Shown here: positions 1-9,775 of the stretch, piece after piece | Numbering within the stretch: position 1 is the first letter of the stretch | Layout of the letters: every line of letters begins with the position of its first letter | Assembly: GCF_040391475.1 (NCBI RefSeq) | Contig: NZ_JBEBXS010000018.1 | Span: 7,591 to 71,590, forward strand | DNA length: 64,000 nt | Direction: 5' to 3' | Source of the DNA: Pandoraea pnomenusa | Lineage (GTDB): Bacteria > Pseudomonadota > Gammaproteobacteria > Burkholderiales > Burkholderiaceae | Program-made: the position numbers and the translations under genes | The notes under the pieces: generated by a model | The model's database searches: none | Seen by the model: the letters and a program-made list of their open reading frames with translations, nothing else | Told to the model about the DNA's origin: nothing

Positions 1-1
1 G

Positions 2-556
2 ACTGAAGCTTACGTCTCGACGGCCGCGACGCCGATTACCGACGCATGTGCGCTAAAGGCGGTGACGCTGATCTCGCAGAACCTGCGTCGCGCCGTTTCG
101 CACGGCGACGACATGACAGCCCGCGAGAACATGGCCTACGCGCAGTTCCTGGCAGGGATGGCGTTCAACAACGCATCGCTCGGCTATGTGCATGCGATGG
201 CGCACCAGCTTGGCGGGTTCTACGACTTGCCGCACGGGGTGTGTAACGCGGTGCTGCTTCCGCATGTGGAAGAGTTCAACGCAAGCGTGAGCGCTGCGCG
301 TCTGAAAGACATCGCGCAGGGGATGGGCGAGAAAGTCGAGGGCCTGAGCGACGAGGAAGGTGCAAAGGTGGCGATCGCCGCGATTCGCCGATTGTCGAAA
401 GATATCGGCATCCCGGCCGGGCTAACCGAGCTTGGCGCAAAGGTGGAGGACATTCCGACACTCGCTGCCAACGCGATGCAGGACGCTTGCGGATTCACGA
501 ACCCGCGGCGTGCCGAGCAGGCGGAGATCGAGGAGATTTTCCGTCGCGCCTTTTAA
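2..556 (+). CDS. Iron-containing (group III) alcohol dehydrogenase, C-terminal fragment (5' end lies outside the window)
   Basis: The reading frame is open from the window edge. Typical Fe-ADH C-terminal motifs are present: [36 protein letters not shown]. This resembles lactaldehyde/propanediol oxidoreductases. Confidence 0.8.
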   Translation, partial: TEAYVSTAATPITDACALKAVTLISQNLRRAVSHGDDMTARENMAYAQFLAGMAFNNASLGYVHAMAHQLGGFYDLPHGVCNAVLLPHVEEFNASVSAARLKDIAQGMGEKVEGLSDEEGAKVAIAAIRRLSKDIGIPAGLTELGAKVEDIPTLAANAMQDACGFTNPRRAEQAEIEEIFRRAF

Positions 557-657
557 GGGAAGTATCGGGAGGTTGCCGACGACGCGAAGGTCGGTGTTTC
601 GATAATTTCGTCGAAATCACTCGCCCAAGCTTCCCGCCGTAGCACTCTCTAACGAAT

Positions 658-697
658 GGCCCCGTCGACTTCAAAGTCGACGGGGCCATTTTTGTTT
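658..697 (+). terminator. Rho-independent terminator downstream of the alcohol dehydrogenase gene
   Basis: Perfect 12-bp stem ggccccgtcgac / gtcgacggggcc with loop ttcaaa, followed by atttttgttt. Confidence 0.75.
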
Positions 698-763
698 AGA
701 GACCGGCGTACGGTATTGATGTGATTTCGCATCCCGGCAAATTCGGACGAACCAGATTAGGAA

Positions 764-777
764 TCAGAAAATTCTGA
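764..777. promoter_or_regulatory. Inverted repeat TCAGAA-AA-TTCTGA (candidate response-regulator binding site), followed by extra half-sites TCAGAAT (781-787) and GCAGAATTC (800-808)
   Basis: The dyad is read directly from the sequence. The same arms recur at 9762-9775, in the divergent promoter of the two-component genes. Confidence 0.4.
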
Positions 778-1333
778 TCCTCAGAATCACCTTGAATCCG
801 CAGAATTCAACCGTCCCGATTCGATAGGGACGAAGCGCCGGCGCGAATCTGTTGTCCTGAATTTCCAACAGGACGACATGAAAAGCCGTCGATTTTTTAT
901 TTCTGTGGCTTGCGAGTTTCAAGCGCAGTGCGAATGAATGGGTGTGGTGAGATGGGTCAATCAATGTGCCTTGTCTCGGCAAGGCGGATCGGATTTTACG
1001 GCGATAGGCTTTTCCGCAAGAAGCGTTGTCGCGATAGCTTTTTTCGGGGTCCGATTGACCTTGCCGACATGTTCATCGTCACCTATAACAACAGAACAGC
1101 TGACACCCCAATTCGCGAGACGTCCAGTTGCATCTGGCGCTTAGCGGCCAGTCCAAAACTGCAAATCGGCAGGCTTGAGAATGCTCCGGCAGGCAACCAC
1201 GCCGCCGAGTTTAAGCAACGCTGTATGAATGTCGTGGCGCTGATCGAAGCGAAAGCGCAGACGACGAATCAACGACAGCACGCGAAAGATCAAGTTTTCC
1301 CACGGCGCGCAATTTCTCGAGCAGAAATTCGAG

Positions 1334-1360
1334 CGACTGCTCCGACTGCTCCGACTGCTC
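1334..1360. repeat. Perfect 9-bp tandem repeat (cgactgctc x3) in the non-coding tract upstream of autotransporter 1
   Basis: Three identical adjacent copies are read directly from the sequence, followed by a degenerate fourth unit, caattgcac. Confidence 0.9.
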
Positions 1361-1643
1361 CAATTGCACCTTTACGCCGGCCTGTTGCCAGTCGTTAGTC
1401 GTCGCCAGCCAATGGCTCCCTGACCCAGGCCCTGTCGAATCGGGGACGAGTTCCAGCGGACCCCGATCCTGCGCACAAACAGTATGCAGTCGAAGCCCTC
1501 ATCGATCGTCGCCCCTCATCGGCGCTTTCGTTCATTGGCGTCCGACATTCAGTTTTCCAACGTTCGCAGCTTGAAGTGAAAGTCCGTCGCCTCCTCCGGC
1601 GAGGCTTTGCAGTGTCCGCGCAAAAGAACAGGCGAGGTACCCG

Positions 1644-4600
1644 ATGATCATCACGCCCAATTGGCAGTGCCACGCAAAACGTCGACGTTATTCGTGGGCG
1701 AGCGCCGCCGTGGTCGTCGGCACCCTTCCGATGATTGGCATCGGCAGCGCACGCGCGGCTGACTGCAATGTGACCATTACGTCGGCCACCACGATCCCCA
1801 GCAACACCGAGGTTGGCTGCTCGACCGTAACGAATCAAACAGCATCTGCGCTGAATCCCGGCCCGGCGACGGGCGCTGACAGTGCGAACGTTTCGGTCAC
1901 GGGCGCCACGATCTCCCAGCCCGCAGGCAGTGCACCCAAAGACGGCATCGGTGCGACTGCCACGGGCTCGGGCAGCGCAACCGTTTCCGTCACCGACACC
2001 AACGTCACCAATCTGAAGACGACAGGGCCGTCGCTTGGCATCAATGTCGCGGTCGGTGCGGCCAACAGTACGACCACCGGCAATGGCAGCCTGAACCTCT
2101 CGGGCACGAACAACATTCAGGTCGGTCAACTCGATCCCTCCACCGGGCAACCGACTGGTGCAGGCGGCGGAACCATCGTCAACGCGCGCGGTATGGGTAA
2201 CGCAACGACGGTGGGCATCGGGACGTTGAACATCAGCGTCTATGCGGGCACAACCAGCTTCGATCCCAGCCAGGACGACGGGATGGAAACGACGGTTCGC
2301 GGCGGCGTCGCCACGCTGAACCTGGCGGGGCTCACCGGTCCCTCGACGGTCATCGTCACCGGCGGCAACGCCCTGCTGGTCGATTCGCTGCCATCGACAC
2401 CGAACCAGAATGGCGGCACCGTCATCGTGACGGGCATCAGCAACGCGCTCACCGTTACCGAGAACAATACGATTTTCGGGAACGCCGCATCGCCGATCGC
2501 CAACGCAGGTCTGTTGGCGCTGTCGTTCGGCACGGGCACGGTGACGATCCAGGGGACGAGCGCCACGATCAACACACTGGGACCACTGGCCGACGGCATC
2601 CATGCGATCTCCCAACGCGGCGCGGTGTCTGTAAACAACGCCGGCAACATCACCACCAGCGGCACTTCCAGTCACGGTATCGAGGCCACCACGGTCAATA
2701 CCGGCTACGGTTCGACGATCATCACGGTGGGCACGCTTCCGGCCGTCGACACCACCGCACCTACCGGCGATGTCAGCGTCACCAATAGTGGCGCAATCAT
2801 CACAACGGGTGGTGGCAGCGCCACCACGGCCAGTCACGGCATTTACGCGTGGACGCAGTCGGTCGGCACAGGCGCGGCGGGCAACATCACCGTTGCCAAC
2901 AATGCCGGCGGCAATATCACGACGTCGGCAGATTTCAGCGACGCCATTCTCGCGACATCGACGAATACCTCCACCGGCGCAGCCGGTGGCATTGCCGTGA
3001 GCAACGCGGCGACGTTGAGCGCGTCGGGCGCGAGTGCCTACGGCATCGCCGCCATCTCGACCGGCGCCAGCGGCGGCCCGGTCGCCATCACCAATAGCGG
3101 CGCGGTCACGTCACAACAGACGGCAGGCGTCTTTGCGTCCGCAACTGGCGGCTCAAGTCTCACAGTAACCAATGCTGCCGGTGGCAGCATTACTGGCGCC
3201 GAAGGGGTGGTGCTGGACGGCACGTTTGCCTCGTCGCAGATCAATAACGCCGGCACCATCGGGTCGCCGGTGGACTTCGCGATCGACTCGCGAACCCTCA
3301 CCGGACCGCTGACGATCAATAACGAAAGCGGCGGCACGATCAACGGCTTCATGACGCTCGGCGCAGGCCCGAACACCATGACGAACGCCGGTTTGTGGAA
3401 CCTGCGGAACTACAACACCGGAACGAACACGCTTTCCGTGGCGGTATCCGATTTCGGCAATTCGGGCACCAACAGCATCAACAACACCGGCTCGCTGGTG
3501 CTTGCGAACGTCGCCAATGCGAACGTCAATGCCACCGGCGCTTACCTGCCGTTCGGCAATACTACGAATACGCCCTCGACCAACGGTCCCGCGCAAGGGC
3601 AAATCCTCGGCGTACAAACCTTTACCAATAGCGGCGTCATCGACCTCGGTGGCAACCCCGCCGTGGGCAACACGTTGGTCATCACCGGCGGGCACGCGCC
3701 CGGGACTTCGGGCGGCGGCGTCTATGTCTCCAATGGTGGGACGCTCGTGCTCAACTCAGTGCTCAACGAGGGCGGCGCCAACGCCAGGTCCGACGTGCTC
3801 GTGGTCGACGCCACGCAGGTCGGCGCAGGTGGCGCTACCGGCATCAAGATCAACAACATCGGCGGCGCGGGCGCTTCGACTGTCGCTGACGGAATTCCCG
3901 TGGTCGAGGTGCTGGACAAGAGCGCGTCGGCAGCGGGCGCCTTCAAGCTTAGCGGCCGCGCCGTCGCGGGCCCCTACGAATATCTGCTCTTTCAGGGCGG
4001 CGAGGCGGCCACCGGCGGCAATACTGCAGACGGCAACTGGTACTTGCGTTCGCATGAACCAACCACCGAACCCGAACCGCCCGGCATCACAACGCCGCCC
4101 AGGCCGTTGTTTCGACCGGAAGTCCCCGCCTATCTGGCGAATCAGCGCATCGCCAGCGAATGGTTCGTGCACAGCCTGCACGACCGTCTGGGGGAACCCC
4201 AATACATCGAAGGCCAGGGTTTCAATCCCGATGACGACAAGCCCCGTTCCGGATGGCTGCGCATTGTCGGCAAGTGGACGGGCTCGCACAGCAAGGACGA
4301 CATCTTTACGGCAGACACCGACTCCGTCCTGATTCACGGCGGCTTCGAGGTGGCCAAGTGGAAGGTGTTCAACGACGCCGACCGCGCGCACCTTGGGCTG
4401 ATGGCCAGCTATGGCTACGCCAGCACCGACGCCCACGCCGAAGCCAACCCGTACAGTGCCAAGGGCAAGGTGGAAGGCTGGAGTGTCGGCGCCTACGGCA
4501 CGTGGTACCAGAACGACGAACACAAGCTCGGCGCCTACGTCGACCTGTGGTTCCAGTACGGCTGGTTCAACAACCGGGTGGAAGGCGACTTGCTGCCGGT

Positions 4601-5063
4601 GGTGAAGTACAACAGCCGGGGCTTCGCCATCTCCGGCGAAACGGGCTACGCAGTGCCGATCCGCAACGATTGGGTGATCGAGCCGCAGGCCCAGCTGATC
4701 TATCTGGGCTACAACCAGGACGACGTCACTGAGCCGAACTCCACGCAGGTGACCGGCGCCAATTCACACGGATGGATCAGCCGCCTGGGCGTGCGCCTGC
4801 ATCGCACCTTCGTACGCGACGACGACCGCAAATGGCAGCCCTACCTGACGCTCAACTGGTGGCACAGCACGGCCTCCAACACCATCTCGTTCGACGGCTT
4901 CCCCGAAAGCAACCTTTATCCGTCCAACCGTTACGAGGTGAAGCTCGGCGTGAATGCCGACCTGCGCAAGCGCTGGACCGGCTGGGCCAATGTTTCCGGT
5001 GCATGGGGAGCGCAAAGCTTTCATCAATATGCGTTGCGCGTCGGCATGAAATACACGTGGTAA
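1644..5063 (+). CDS. Type Va autotransporter (adhesin/pertactin-like passenger plus C-terminal beta-barrel)
   Basis: Signal peptide (..GIGSARA/ADC). Long Gly/Thr/Asn/Ser-rich beta-helix-type passenger. Pertactin-like junction GPYEYLLFQGG..GNWYLRS. Pro-rich linker EPTTEPEPPGITTPP. Barrel ends in ..RVGMKYTW (terminal aromatic residue). Confidence 0.9.
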   Translation: MIITPNWQCHAKRRRYSWASAAVVVGTLPMIGIGSARAADCNVTITSATTIPSNTEVGCSTVTNQTASALNPGPATGADSANVSVTGATISQPAGSAPKDGIGATATGSGSATVSVTDTNVTNLKTTGPSLGINVAVGAANSTTTGNGSLNLSGTNNIQVGQLDPSTGQPTGAGGGTIVNARGMGNATTVGIGTLNISVYAGTTSFDPSQDDGMETTVRGGVATLNLAGLTGPSTVIVTGGNALLVDSLPSTPNQNGGTVIVTGISNALTVTENNTIFGNAASPIANAGLLALSFGTGTVTIQGTSATINTLGPLADGIHAISQRGAVSVNNAGNITTSGTSSHGIEATTVNTGYGSTIITVGTLPAVDTTAPTGDVSVTNSGAIITTGGGSATTASHGIYAWTQSVGTGAAGNITVANNAGGNITTSADFSDAILATSTNTSTGAAGGIAVSNAATLSASGASAYGIAAISTGASGGPVAITNSGAVTSQQTAGVFASATGGSSLTVTNAAGGSITGAEGVVLDGTFASSQINNAGTIGSPVDFAIDSRTLTGPLTINNESGGTINGFMTLGAGPNTMTNAGLWNLRNYNTGTNTLSVAVSDFGNSGTNSINNTGSLVLANVANANVNATGAYLPFGNTTNTPSTNGPAQGQILGVQTFTNSGVIDLGGNPAVGNTLVITGGHAPGTSGGGVYVSNGGTLVLNSVLNEGGANARSDVLVVDATQVGAGGATGIKINNIGGAGASTVADGIPVVEVLDKSASAAGAFKLSGRAVAGPYEYLLFQGGEAATGGNTADGNWYLRSHEPTTEPEPPGITTPPRPLFRPEVPAYLANQRIASEWFVHSLHDRLGEPQYIEGQGFNPDDDKPRSGWLRIVGKWTGSHSKDDIFTADTDSVLIHGGFEVAKWKVFNDADRAHLGLMASYGYASTDAHAEANPYSAKGKVEGWSVGAYGTWYQNDEHKLGAYVDLWFQYGWFNNRVEGDLLPVVKYNSRGFAISGETGYAVPIRNDWVIEPQAQLIYLGYNQDDVTEPNSTQVTGANSHGWISRLGVRLHRTFVRDDDRKWQPYLTLNWWHSTASNTISFDGFPESNLYPSNRYEVKLGVNADLRKRWTGWANVSGAWGAQSFHQYALRVGMKYTW

Positions 5064-5156
5064 TGCATGCCGGCGACTTCGCCCGCATGCACTGCGAACA
5101 ACGTCACGAGGCGAGTCCGAACGCCCTCGTCAGGTTTTTTCCTTGGGCAGCTTGTT

Positions 5157-8100
5157 ATGAAGAAAAACTATCGAAGCGCCGGTTGGTCGCCGGTCAAGTC
5201 ATGGGCATTGGTCCAACTCGTCGGGTTGCCGATCGCAGGCATGCCGCTTGCGCTCGCGCAGACCGTCAATGTGGATCCCGGTACGAGTCTCATCACGAAC
5301 ACCGGGGCGACGCCCGCCGACGGCACGACGTGGAATCTGACCGGTTCGGGAATCTTCCTTTCGTCGACCGTCACGTTGCCCGGCAGTGGCACGGTGACGA
5401 TCGATGGCAACGGCAATACGCTGACGCTGAACGACGGGAGCGGCAACTACGGACGGTTCATCACCAGCACGTCAGTGCCGACGAGCACCATTAACCTGTC
5501 GAACGTCACCCTGACCGGCGGCCTCAATAGCAATGGCGGCGCCATCTTCATCCAGACGGGCGGCGTGACAATCAACACGACCGGCAATGTCGCGTTCACG
5601 GGCAATAACTCGACGATCGACGGCGGTGCCATCGAGATCAACAGCGGCAACCTCACGCTCGGTGGTGCCGGCAGCACCGTCACCATCGCCAACAACACCG
5701 CCGCCAACTCGGGGGGCGCACTCATTGTCTTCGGCACGACGACGTTTATCGGCAACACGATCCTGTCGAACAACAGCGCGGTCGGCACCGGTGGGGGGCT
5801 GTTCTCGTACAACAATGTCACGAGCACCGGCAGCCTGACCGCGAACGGCAACACAGCGGGCAATTCCGGCAGCGGCGGTGCGATCTATTCGATGCTCGGC
5901 GGCGTGACGACCGATGCCATCAGTGCCGACGGCAATCAGGCAGGCAACAACGGCGGCGCAATCCAGGCCACCGGCCCCGTGAGCCTCGCCGCGACGACCG
6001 GCGACGTGACCTTGACGAACAACAAGGCCGGCACCACCAGCGGCACCAACGGTGGCGGCGGTGCGGTCGGCAGCGGCGGCGGCATCACCGTCGGCAATGC
6101 CAGCGGTACCAACACGATCACCGGCAATAGCGCAAATTGGGGCGGTGCGTTTTACATGAGCACCTCGGCTGGCAGCACCCTTGCGATGGCCGGCACCACG
6201 ACCCTGTCGAACAATACGGCTACCTCCGGTGGCGGCGCCGTGTATTCCTCAGGGGATGCAACGATCAATCTCAACGGGCCCACCACCATCGATGGCAATG
6301 CCGTGACCAACGGTCCGGGCGGCGCGATTTACTCGCGGGGTGCCGTAGCGCTCACCACGTCGACTGGCGCCGTCAGCCTCAGCAACAACAAGGCGTCAAC
6401 GAACGGCGGCGCCATCTATGCGTCAGGCGCCGTGACGATCGACGCGAATGGCGCCGTCAGCCTCGGCAACAACAAGGCGTCGACGAACGGCGGCGCCATC
6501 TATGCGGCCGGCGACGTGACGATCAACGCGGGCGCCCCCGTGACCCTCTCGGGCAACACCGCAACGTCGGGCGCGGGCGGCGCCATCTACACGTCCGGCA
6601 ACGTGACCCTCAGCGCGACGGGCGGCGACATCAACCTGACGAACAATTCGGCAAGCGGTCTCGGCGGCGCCATCTGGACCATCGGCAACGCAACGCTCAA
6701 TGCCACGGGGGGCAACATCACCTTCCAGGGCAATCTGATGCAAGACCCCGTGGCGAACGCGATCTGGTTCGCCAACAGGACAGGCAATGCAACGGCAACG
6801 CTCAATGCCGCTGCGGGCCGGACGATCACGTTTTACGATCCGATTGCGAACGCTCCGGCGACCGGCCAACTGACGGTCGTGGCCACGGGCCCCGGCACCG
6901 TGATATTCGATGGCTCGCAATACACCGACGCCGCAAGTCAGTGGTCACAGGTATACGGCAACACGACAGTCCAGGGCGGCACCTTCGTCGTCCGGAATAA
7001 CGCTGTCTACGGCACGCTTGCCGCCGATGTCGCCCAGACCACGCCCACGAGCTTTACGCTCGCATCCGGCGCAACGCTGGCCGGTGGCGGCACAGGCACC
7101 GTGCGCGCAGACAACGTAACGCTTGGCGGCACGCTGAATGTTGCAGGGACTGCCACACCGGGAACCGCCTCGGGGGGCTACAGCGTTTTCAACGTTGTCG
7201 GTAACAACGTGGCATTCGGACCGGGCAGCCAGGTGCTGTTCAACACGTATCTGAACGATGCAAGCACACAACTCAGCGACGTCCTCGTCCTCAATCTGAA
7301 CGGCAGCGCCACGTCGGGTACCGCCAGCATCGTCGTCAACAATACGGGCGGCGTCGGGCAAGTCACTCAGGGCGACGGTATCGAACTGGTGCGCACCGTC
7401 AACGGCTCGTCGGCCAACGCGTTCACGCTGGGCAAGCCGGTCGAAGCCGGTGCCTACCAGTACCTGCTGTATCACGGGGGCCTCGGCGCCAACGAGTCAA
7501 ACGGCAACTGGTATCTGCGCTCTTATCTGGAAGAGCAGCCGGGCGAACCCGAACCGCCGGGTGAGCCTGATCCGGGGCCGGTCGCGTGGCGTCCGGGCGT
7601 GGCGGGCTACATCATGACCCCGTTGCTGAACCTGGACTACGGATTCACCACGCTCGGCACGCTGCACCAGCGCGTGGGCGACGTACCCGGCGCGATCAAG
7701 CCGCAGCAAAACACGGCCGCCAACGGGATCTGGGGCCGCGCCAATATCAGCTCGTTCGACGCCGATACGCTCAATCGCTTCCGCGCGAACTCAACCACCT
7801 TCTTCGCGCAATTCGGCAAGGACTGGACGCTGGCCCAGCCGGAAGGCGGCGGCAGCACCCACGCGGGTGCGACGGCCACCATCGGCAACATCTCGGGCCG
7901 GTTTCACGATGACTCGCGTGCCATCGCCGGCCTCGATACCGAGACCGGCACCGTCTCCACGCAGGCGGGGAGTGTCGGGGGCTACTGGACACGCTACCTG
8001 AGCGACGGCACCTATTTCGACAGCGTCGGACAGGTGACGTACTACCACAACCGCTACGGCGGTCAGGACGGCAACGCATCGCAGAGCGGCGTGGGCTTCA

Positions 8101-8561
8101 CGCTCTCACAGGAAGTGGGCAAGCCGTTCCAGATCGGCTCGACGCCGATCGCGATCGAACCGCAAGCGCAACTGTTGTATCAGTACCTGTCGCTGGGTGA
8201 TTTCAGCGATGCGATCTCGCCGGTATCGGGCACGCATACGAATGCGCTGCGCGGGCGTGCGGGCTTCCGCATCTTCAGCGCCGCGTTGTCCAACTCGGAC
8301 GACAGCAGCGTGCTGACCTGGGCAAAGCCGTACGTCACGTTCAACGTGCTGCACGACTTCCTCACGCCGGGCCAGACCGTGGTCGGAGGCACGCCGTTCA
8401 CACCGGCGCTCACGCGGACTTGGTATGAGGCGGGTGCGGGCTTCACGGCCACCACCAGCAAGCACGGGCAACTGTACGCACATGCCGGTTATCGGCACAG
8501 CCTCGGCGGCGATTACAGCCAAGGGTTCTACGGCCAGATCGCTTTCCGTTACCTGTGGTAA
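5157..8561 (+). CDS. Type Va autotransporter with polymorphic-outer-membrane-protein (Pmp-type GGAI/FxxN) repeats
   Basis: I chose the ATG at 5157 (MKKNYRS.., signal peptide ..PLALA/QT) over the longer track ORF. More than 10 GGAIY/GGAIW/GGAIQ repeats. Junction AGAYQYLLYHGG..GNWYLRS. Linker EEQPGEPEPPGEPDPGP. Barrel ends in ..IAFRYLW. Confidence 0.9.
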   Translation: MKKNYRSAGWSPVKSWALVQLVGLPIAGMPLALAQTVNVDPGTSLITNTGATPADGTTWNLTGSGIFLSSTVTLPGSGTVTIDGNGNTLTLNDGSGNYGRFITSTSVPTSTINLSNVTLTGGLNSNGGAIFIQTGGVTINTTGNVAFTGNNSTIDGGAIEINSGNLTLGGAGSTVTIANNTAANSGGALIVFGTTTFIGNTILSNNSAVGTGGGLFSYNNVTSTGSLTANGNTAGNSGSGGAIYSMLGGVTTDAISADGNQAGNNGGAIQATGPVSLAATTGDVTLTNNKAGTTSGTNGGGGAVGSGGGITVGNASGTNTITGNSANWGGAFYMSTSAGSTLAMAGTTTLSNNTATSGGGAVYSSGDATINLNGPTTIDGNAVTNGPGGAIYSRGAVALTTSTGAVSLSNNKASTNGGAIYASGAVTIDANGAVSLGNNKASTNGGAIYAAGDVTINAGAPVTLSGNTATSGAGGAIYTSGNVTLSATGGDINLTNNSASGLGGAIWTIGNATLNATGGNITFQGNLMQDPVANAIWFANRTGNATATLNAAAGRTITFYDPIANAPATGQLTVVATGPGTVIFDGSQYTDAASQWSQVYGNTTVQGGTFVVRNNAVYGTLAADVAQTTPTSFTLASGATLAGGGTGTVRADNVTLGGTLNVAGTATPGTASGGYSVFNVVGNNVAFGPGSQVLFNTYLNDASTQLSDVLVLNLNGSATSGTASIVVNNTGGVGQVTQGDGIELVRTVNGSSANAFTLGKPVEAGAYQYLLYHGGLGANESNGNWYLRSYLEEQPGEPEPPGEPDPGPVAWRPGVAGYIMTPLLNLDYGFTTLGTLHQRVGDVPGAIKPQQNTAANGIWGRANISSFDADTLNRFRANSTTFFAQFGKDWTLAQPEGGGSTHAGATATIGNISGRFHDDSRAIAGLDTETGTVSTQAGSVGGYWTRYLSDGTYFDSVGQVTYYHNRYGGQDGNASQSGVGFTLSQEVGKPFQIGSTPIAIEPQAQLLYQYLSLGDFSDAISPVSGTHTNALRGRAGFRIFSAALSNSDDSSVLTWAKPYVTFNVLHDFLTPGQTVVGGTPFTPALTRTWYEAGAGFTATTSKHGQLYAHAGYRHSLGGDYSQGFYGQIAFRYLW
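6366..6533 (+). repeat. Near-identical 84-bp (28-codon) tandem duplication inside autotransporter 2
   Basis: Units 6366-6449 and 6450-6533 differ at only about nine positions. They encode GAVSLSNNKASTNGGAIYASGAVTIDAN and GAVSLGNNKASTNGGAIYAAGDVTINAG. Confidence 0.85.
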
Positions 8562-8935
8562 GCCACGAGTCGGGCGTTCAGCCGCGCCAGTGCGTCGGCT
8601 AGCAGGGTTAGCAGGGCGTGGGCCGTACGCGAGTCCCCGTCCGGCCCGAAATGCTCGAGCGACTCGCAGACGCCGGCCAGACCGGAACATGCCAGCATCT
8701 TCGCCGAGCTTTTCAGGCGGTGGGCACAAGCCGCGACCGCCTCGAAATCGCCTGCCGCCAGCGCCATGCGCAGGGCCTGCAGGTCTTCGGCATTCGTCGC
8801 CACGAGACTGTCGACAAGTTCTTCGACGATCGCGGCGTCCTCGCCCGCCAACGCGGCCAGCCGATCGCGCAAACCATCGAGCTCTGCGTCGGTCACGACA
8901 CTTTCGCCTGACGCGAATCCTCGTACCTCATGCAT
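8549..8935 (-). CDS. Free-standing histidine phosphotransfer (HPt) domain protein
   Basis: 128-aa all-helical protein with the HPt signature ..ACAHRLKSSAKMLACSGL... It starts 25 nt downstream of the response-regulator gene. Its 3' end overlaps the 3' end of the convergent autotransporter 2 gene by 13 nt. Confidence 0.8.
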   Translation of the reverse strand: MHEVRGFASGESVVTDAELDGLRDRLAALAGEDAAIVEELVDSLVATNAEDLQALRMALAAGDFEAVAACAHRLKSSAKMLACSGLAGVCESLEHFGPDGDSRTAHALLTLLADALARLNARLVAYHR

Positions 8936-8960
8936 CCTGACACCTCCCGCTCATGTGCCG

Positions 8961-9590
8961 CTATGGCGCGATGTGAAACCGCTTGGCGAGGTCGGCCAAC
9001 TCCACCACGCTGGAGGTCCGGAGCTTCTTCATCAGATTGATCTTGTGGCTGCTCACTGTCTTGTTGCTGATGTGCAGCATCTCGGCGATGGCCTGATTCG
9101 AATGCCCTTTGACGAGCAAACCCAGCACGAGGATTTCCTTGTTGCTGAGCTCACGCAGCCGTGCTTCGTCGCCCTTGCCGTCCACGTTGGACGCCGACGA
9201 CGTGACGGCTTCGGGGAAGACGCGATACCCCGCCAGCACCATCTCCACCGCGCGAAGTATTTCCGAAATGTCTTCGGTCTTGCTGACGTAGCCGTCGGCG
9301 GCGAGCGCCATGACCCGGGGCCCATAGACGGCGGGATTCTGTCCGGAGAAGACGAGAATCCGAATGGTGGGATGAATCGACTTGAGTCGCGGAATCAACT
9401 CCATGCCTCCCGTCCCTGGAAGGTCGAGATCTAGAACGACCAGATCGGGGGCAGCCGTCTTTGTCAGCTCGACGGCGGCCGGCCCATTGCCGGCTTCCAG
9501 AATCGTGCCGATCCCCAACACGCTCGCGAGTTGCGTCCTGAGCACCAGACGCATCACCGGATGATCATCGACGATCAGAACCGTCTTCAT
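8961..9590 (-). CDS. BvgA/EvgA-like response regulator (receiver plus LuxR/NarL-type HTH)
   Basis: Start trimmed to the ATG at 9590 (MKTVLIVDDHPVMRLV..). Receiver motifs: DLVVLDLDLPG, ILVFSG. AGYRVFP linker. LuxR HTH: LSNKEILVLGLLVKGHSNQAIAEMLHISNKTVSSHKINLMKKL. By eye it aligns closely with my recollection of Bordetella BvgA. Confidence 0.9.
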   Translation of the reverse strand: MKTVLIVDDHPVMRLVLRTQLASVLGIGTILEAGNGPAAVELTKTAAPDLVVLDLDLPGTGGMELIPRLKSIHPTIRILVFSGQNPAVYGPRVMALAADGYVSKTEDISEILRAVEMVLAGYRVFPEAVTSSASNVDGKGDEARLRELSNKEILVLGLLVKGHSNQAIAEMLHISNKTVSSHKINLMKKLRTSSVVELADLAKRFHIAP

Positions 9591-9761
9591 GGTATTGCCT
9601 TCGCACTGAAAAAAACCGCGCTCCGAAAGGTCCGCCGGACCCGGCGCCTCCCGACACGATGCTCCGCAATGTCGTGAGCGCTGAGATAGTACGCGCGCAT
9701 TTGACAAGAGATGTCGTTCCGACGTTTCAACGCCGAAAATCAGACCTTTCCGGTGGGGCAA

Positions 9762-9775
9762 TCAGAATATTCTGA
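9762..9775. promoter_or_regulatory. Perfect palindrome TCAGAATATTCTGA in the divergent regulator/kinase promoter, with further TTCTG(A) half-sites at 9820-9824 and 9828-9833
   Basis: Read directly from the sequence. The arms are the same as in the dyad at 764-777. Confidence 0.45.

Noticed and set aside
910-1398. 162-aa plus-strand ORF with TAPTAPTAP, and a possible minus-strand transposase-like remnant (..WQQAGVKVQLEQSEQSEQSLEFLLEKLRAVGKL..)
   Set aside because: The plus-strand ORF has no start context, RBS or motif, and its repeat is simply the 9-bp DNA repeat translated. The minus-strand fragment is interrupted by stops, and I could not match it to any IS or transposase family from memory. 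It is left as non-coding or possible pseudogene debris pending BLASTX.
1395-2837. 480-aa minus-strand ORF antisense to autotransporter 1
   Set aside because: The product is Arg/Gly/Ala/Asp-rich and low-complexity with no motif. It overlaps a strongly supported gene on the opposite strand. This is a typical shadow ORF in high-GC DNA.
5157-8561. Periodic GGAIY-encoding DNA repeats considered as a CRISPR-like or other non-coding repeat array
   Set aside because: The repeats lie in frame inside a continuous autotransporter ORF. They have variable spacing and diverged DNA sequence, apart from the 84-bp duplication. They are protein (Pmp-type) repeats, not a CRISPR array.
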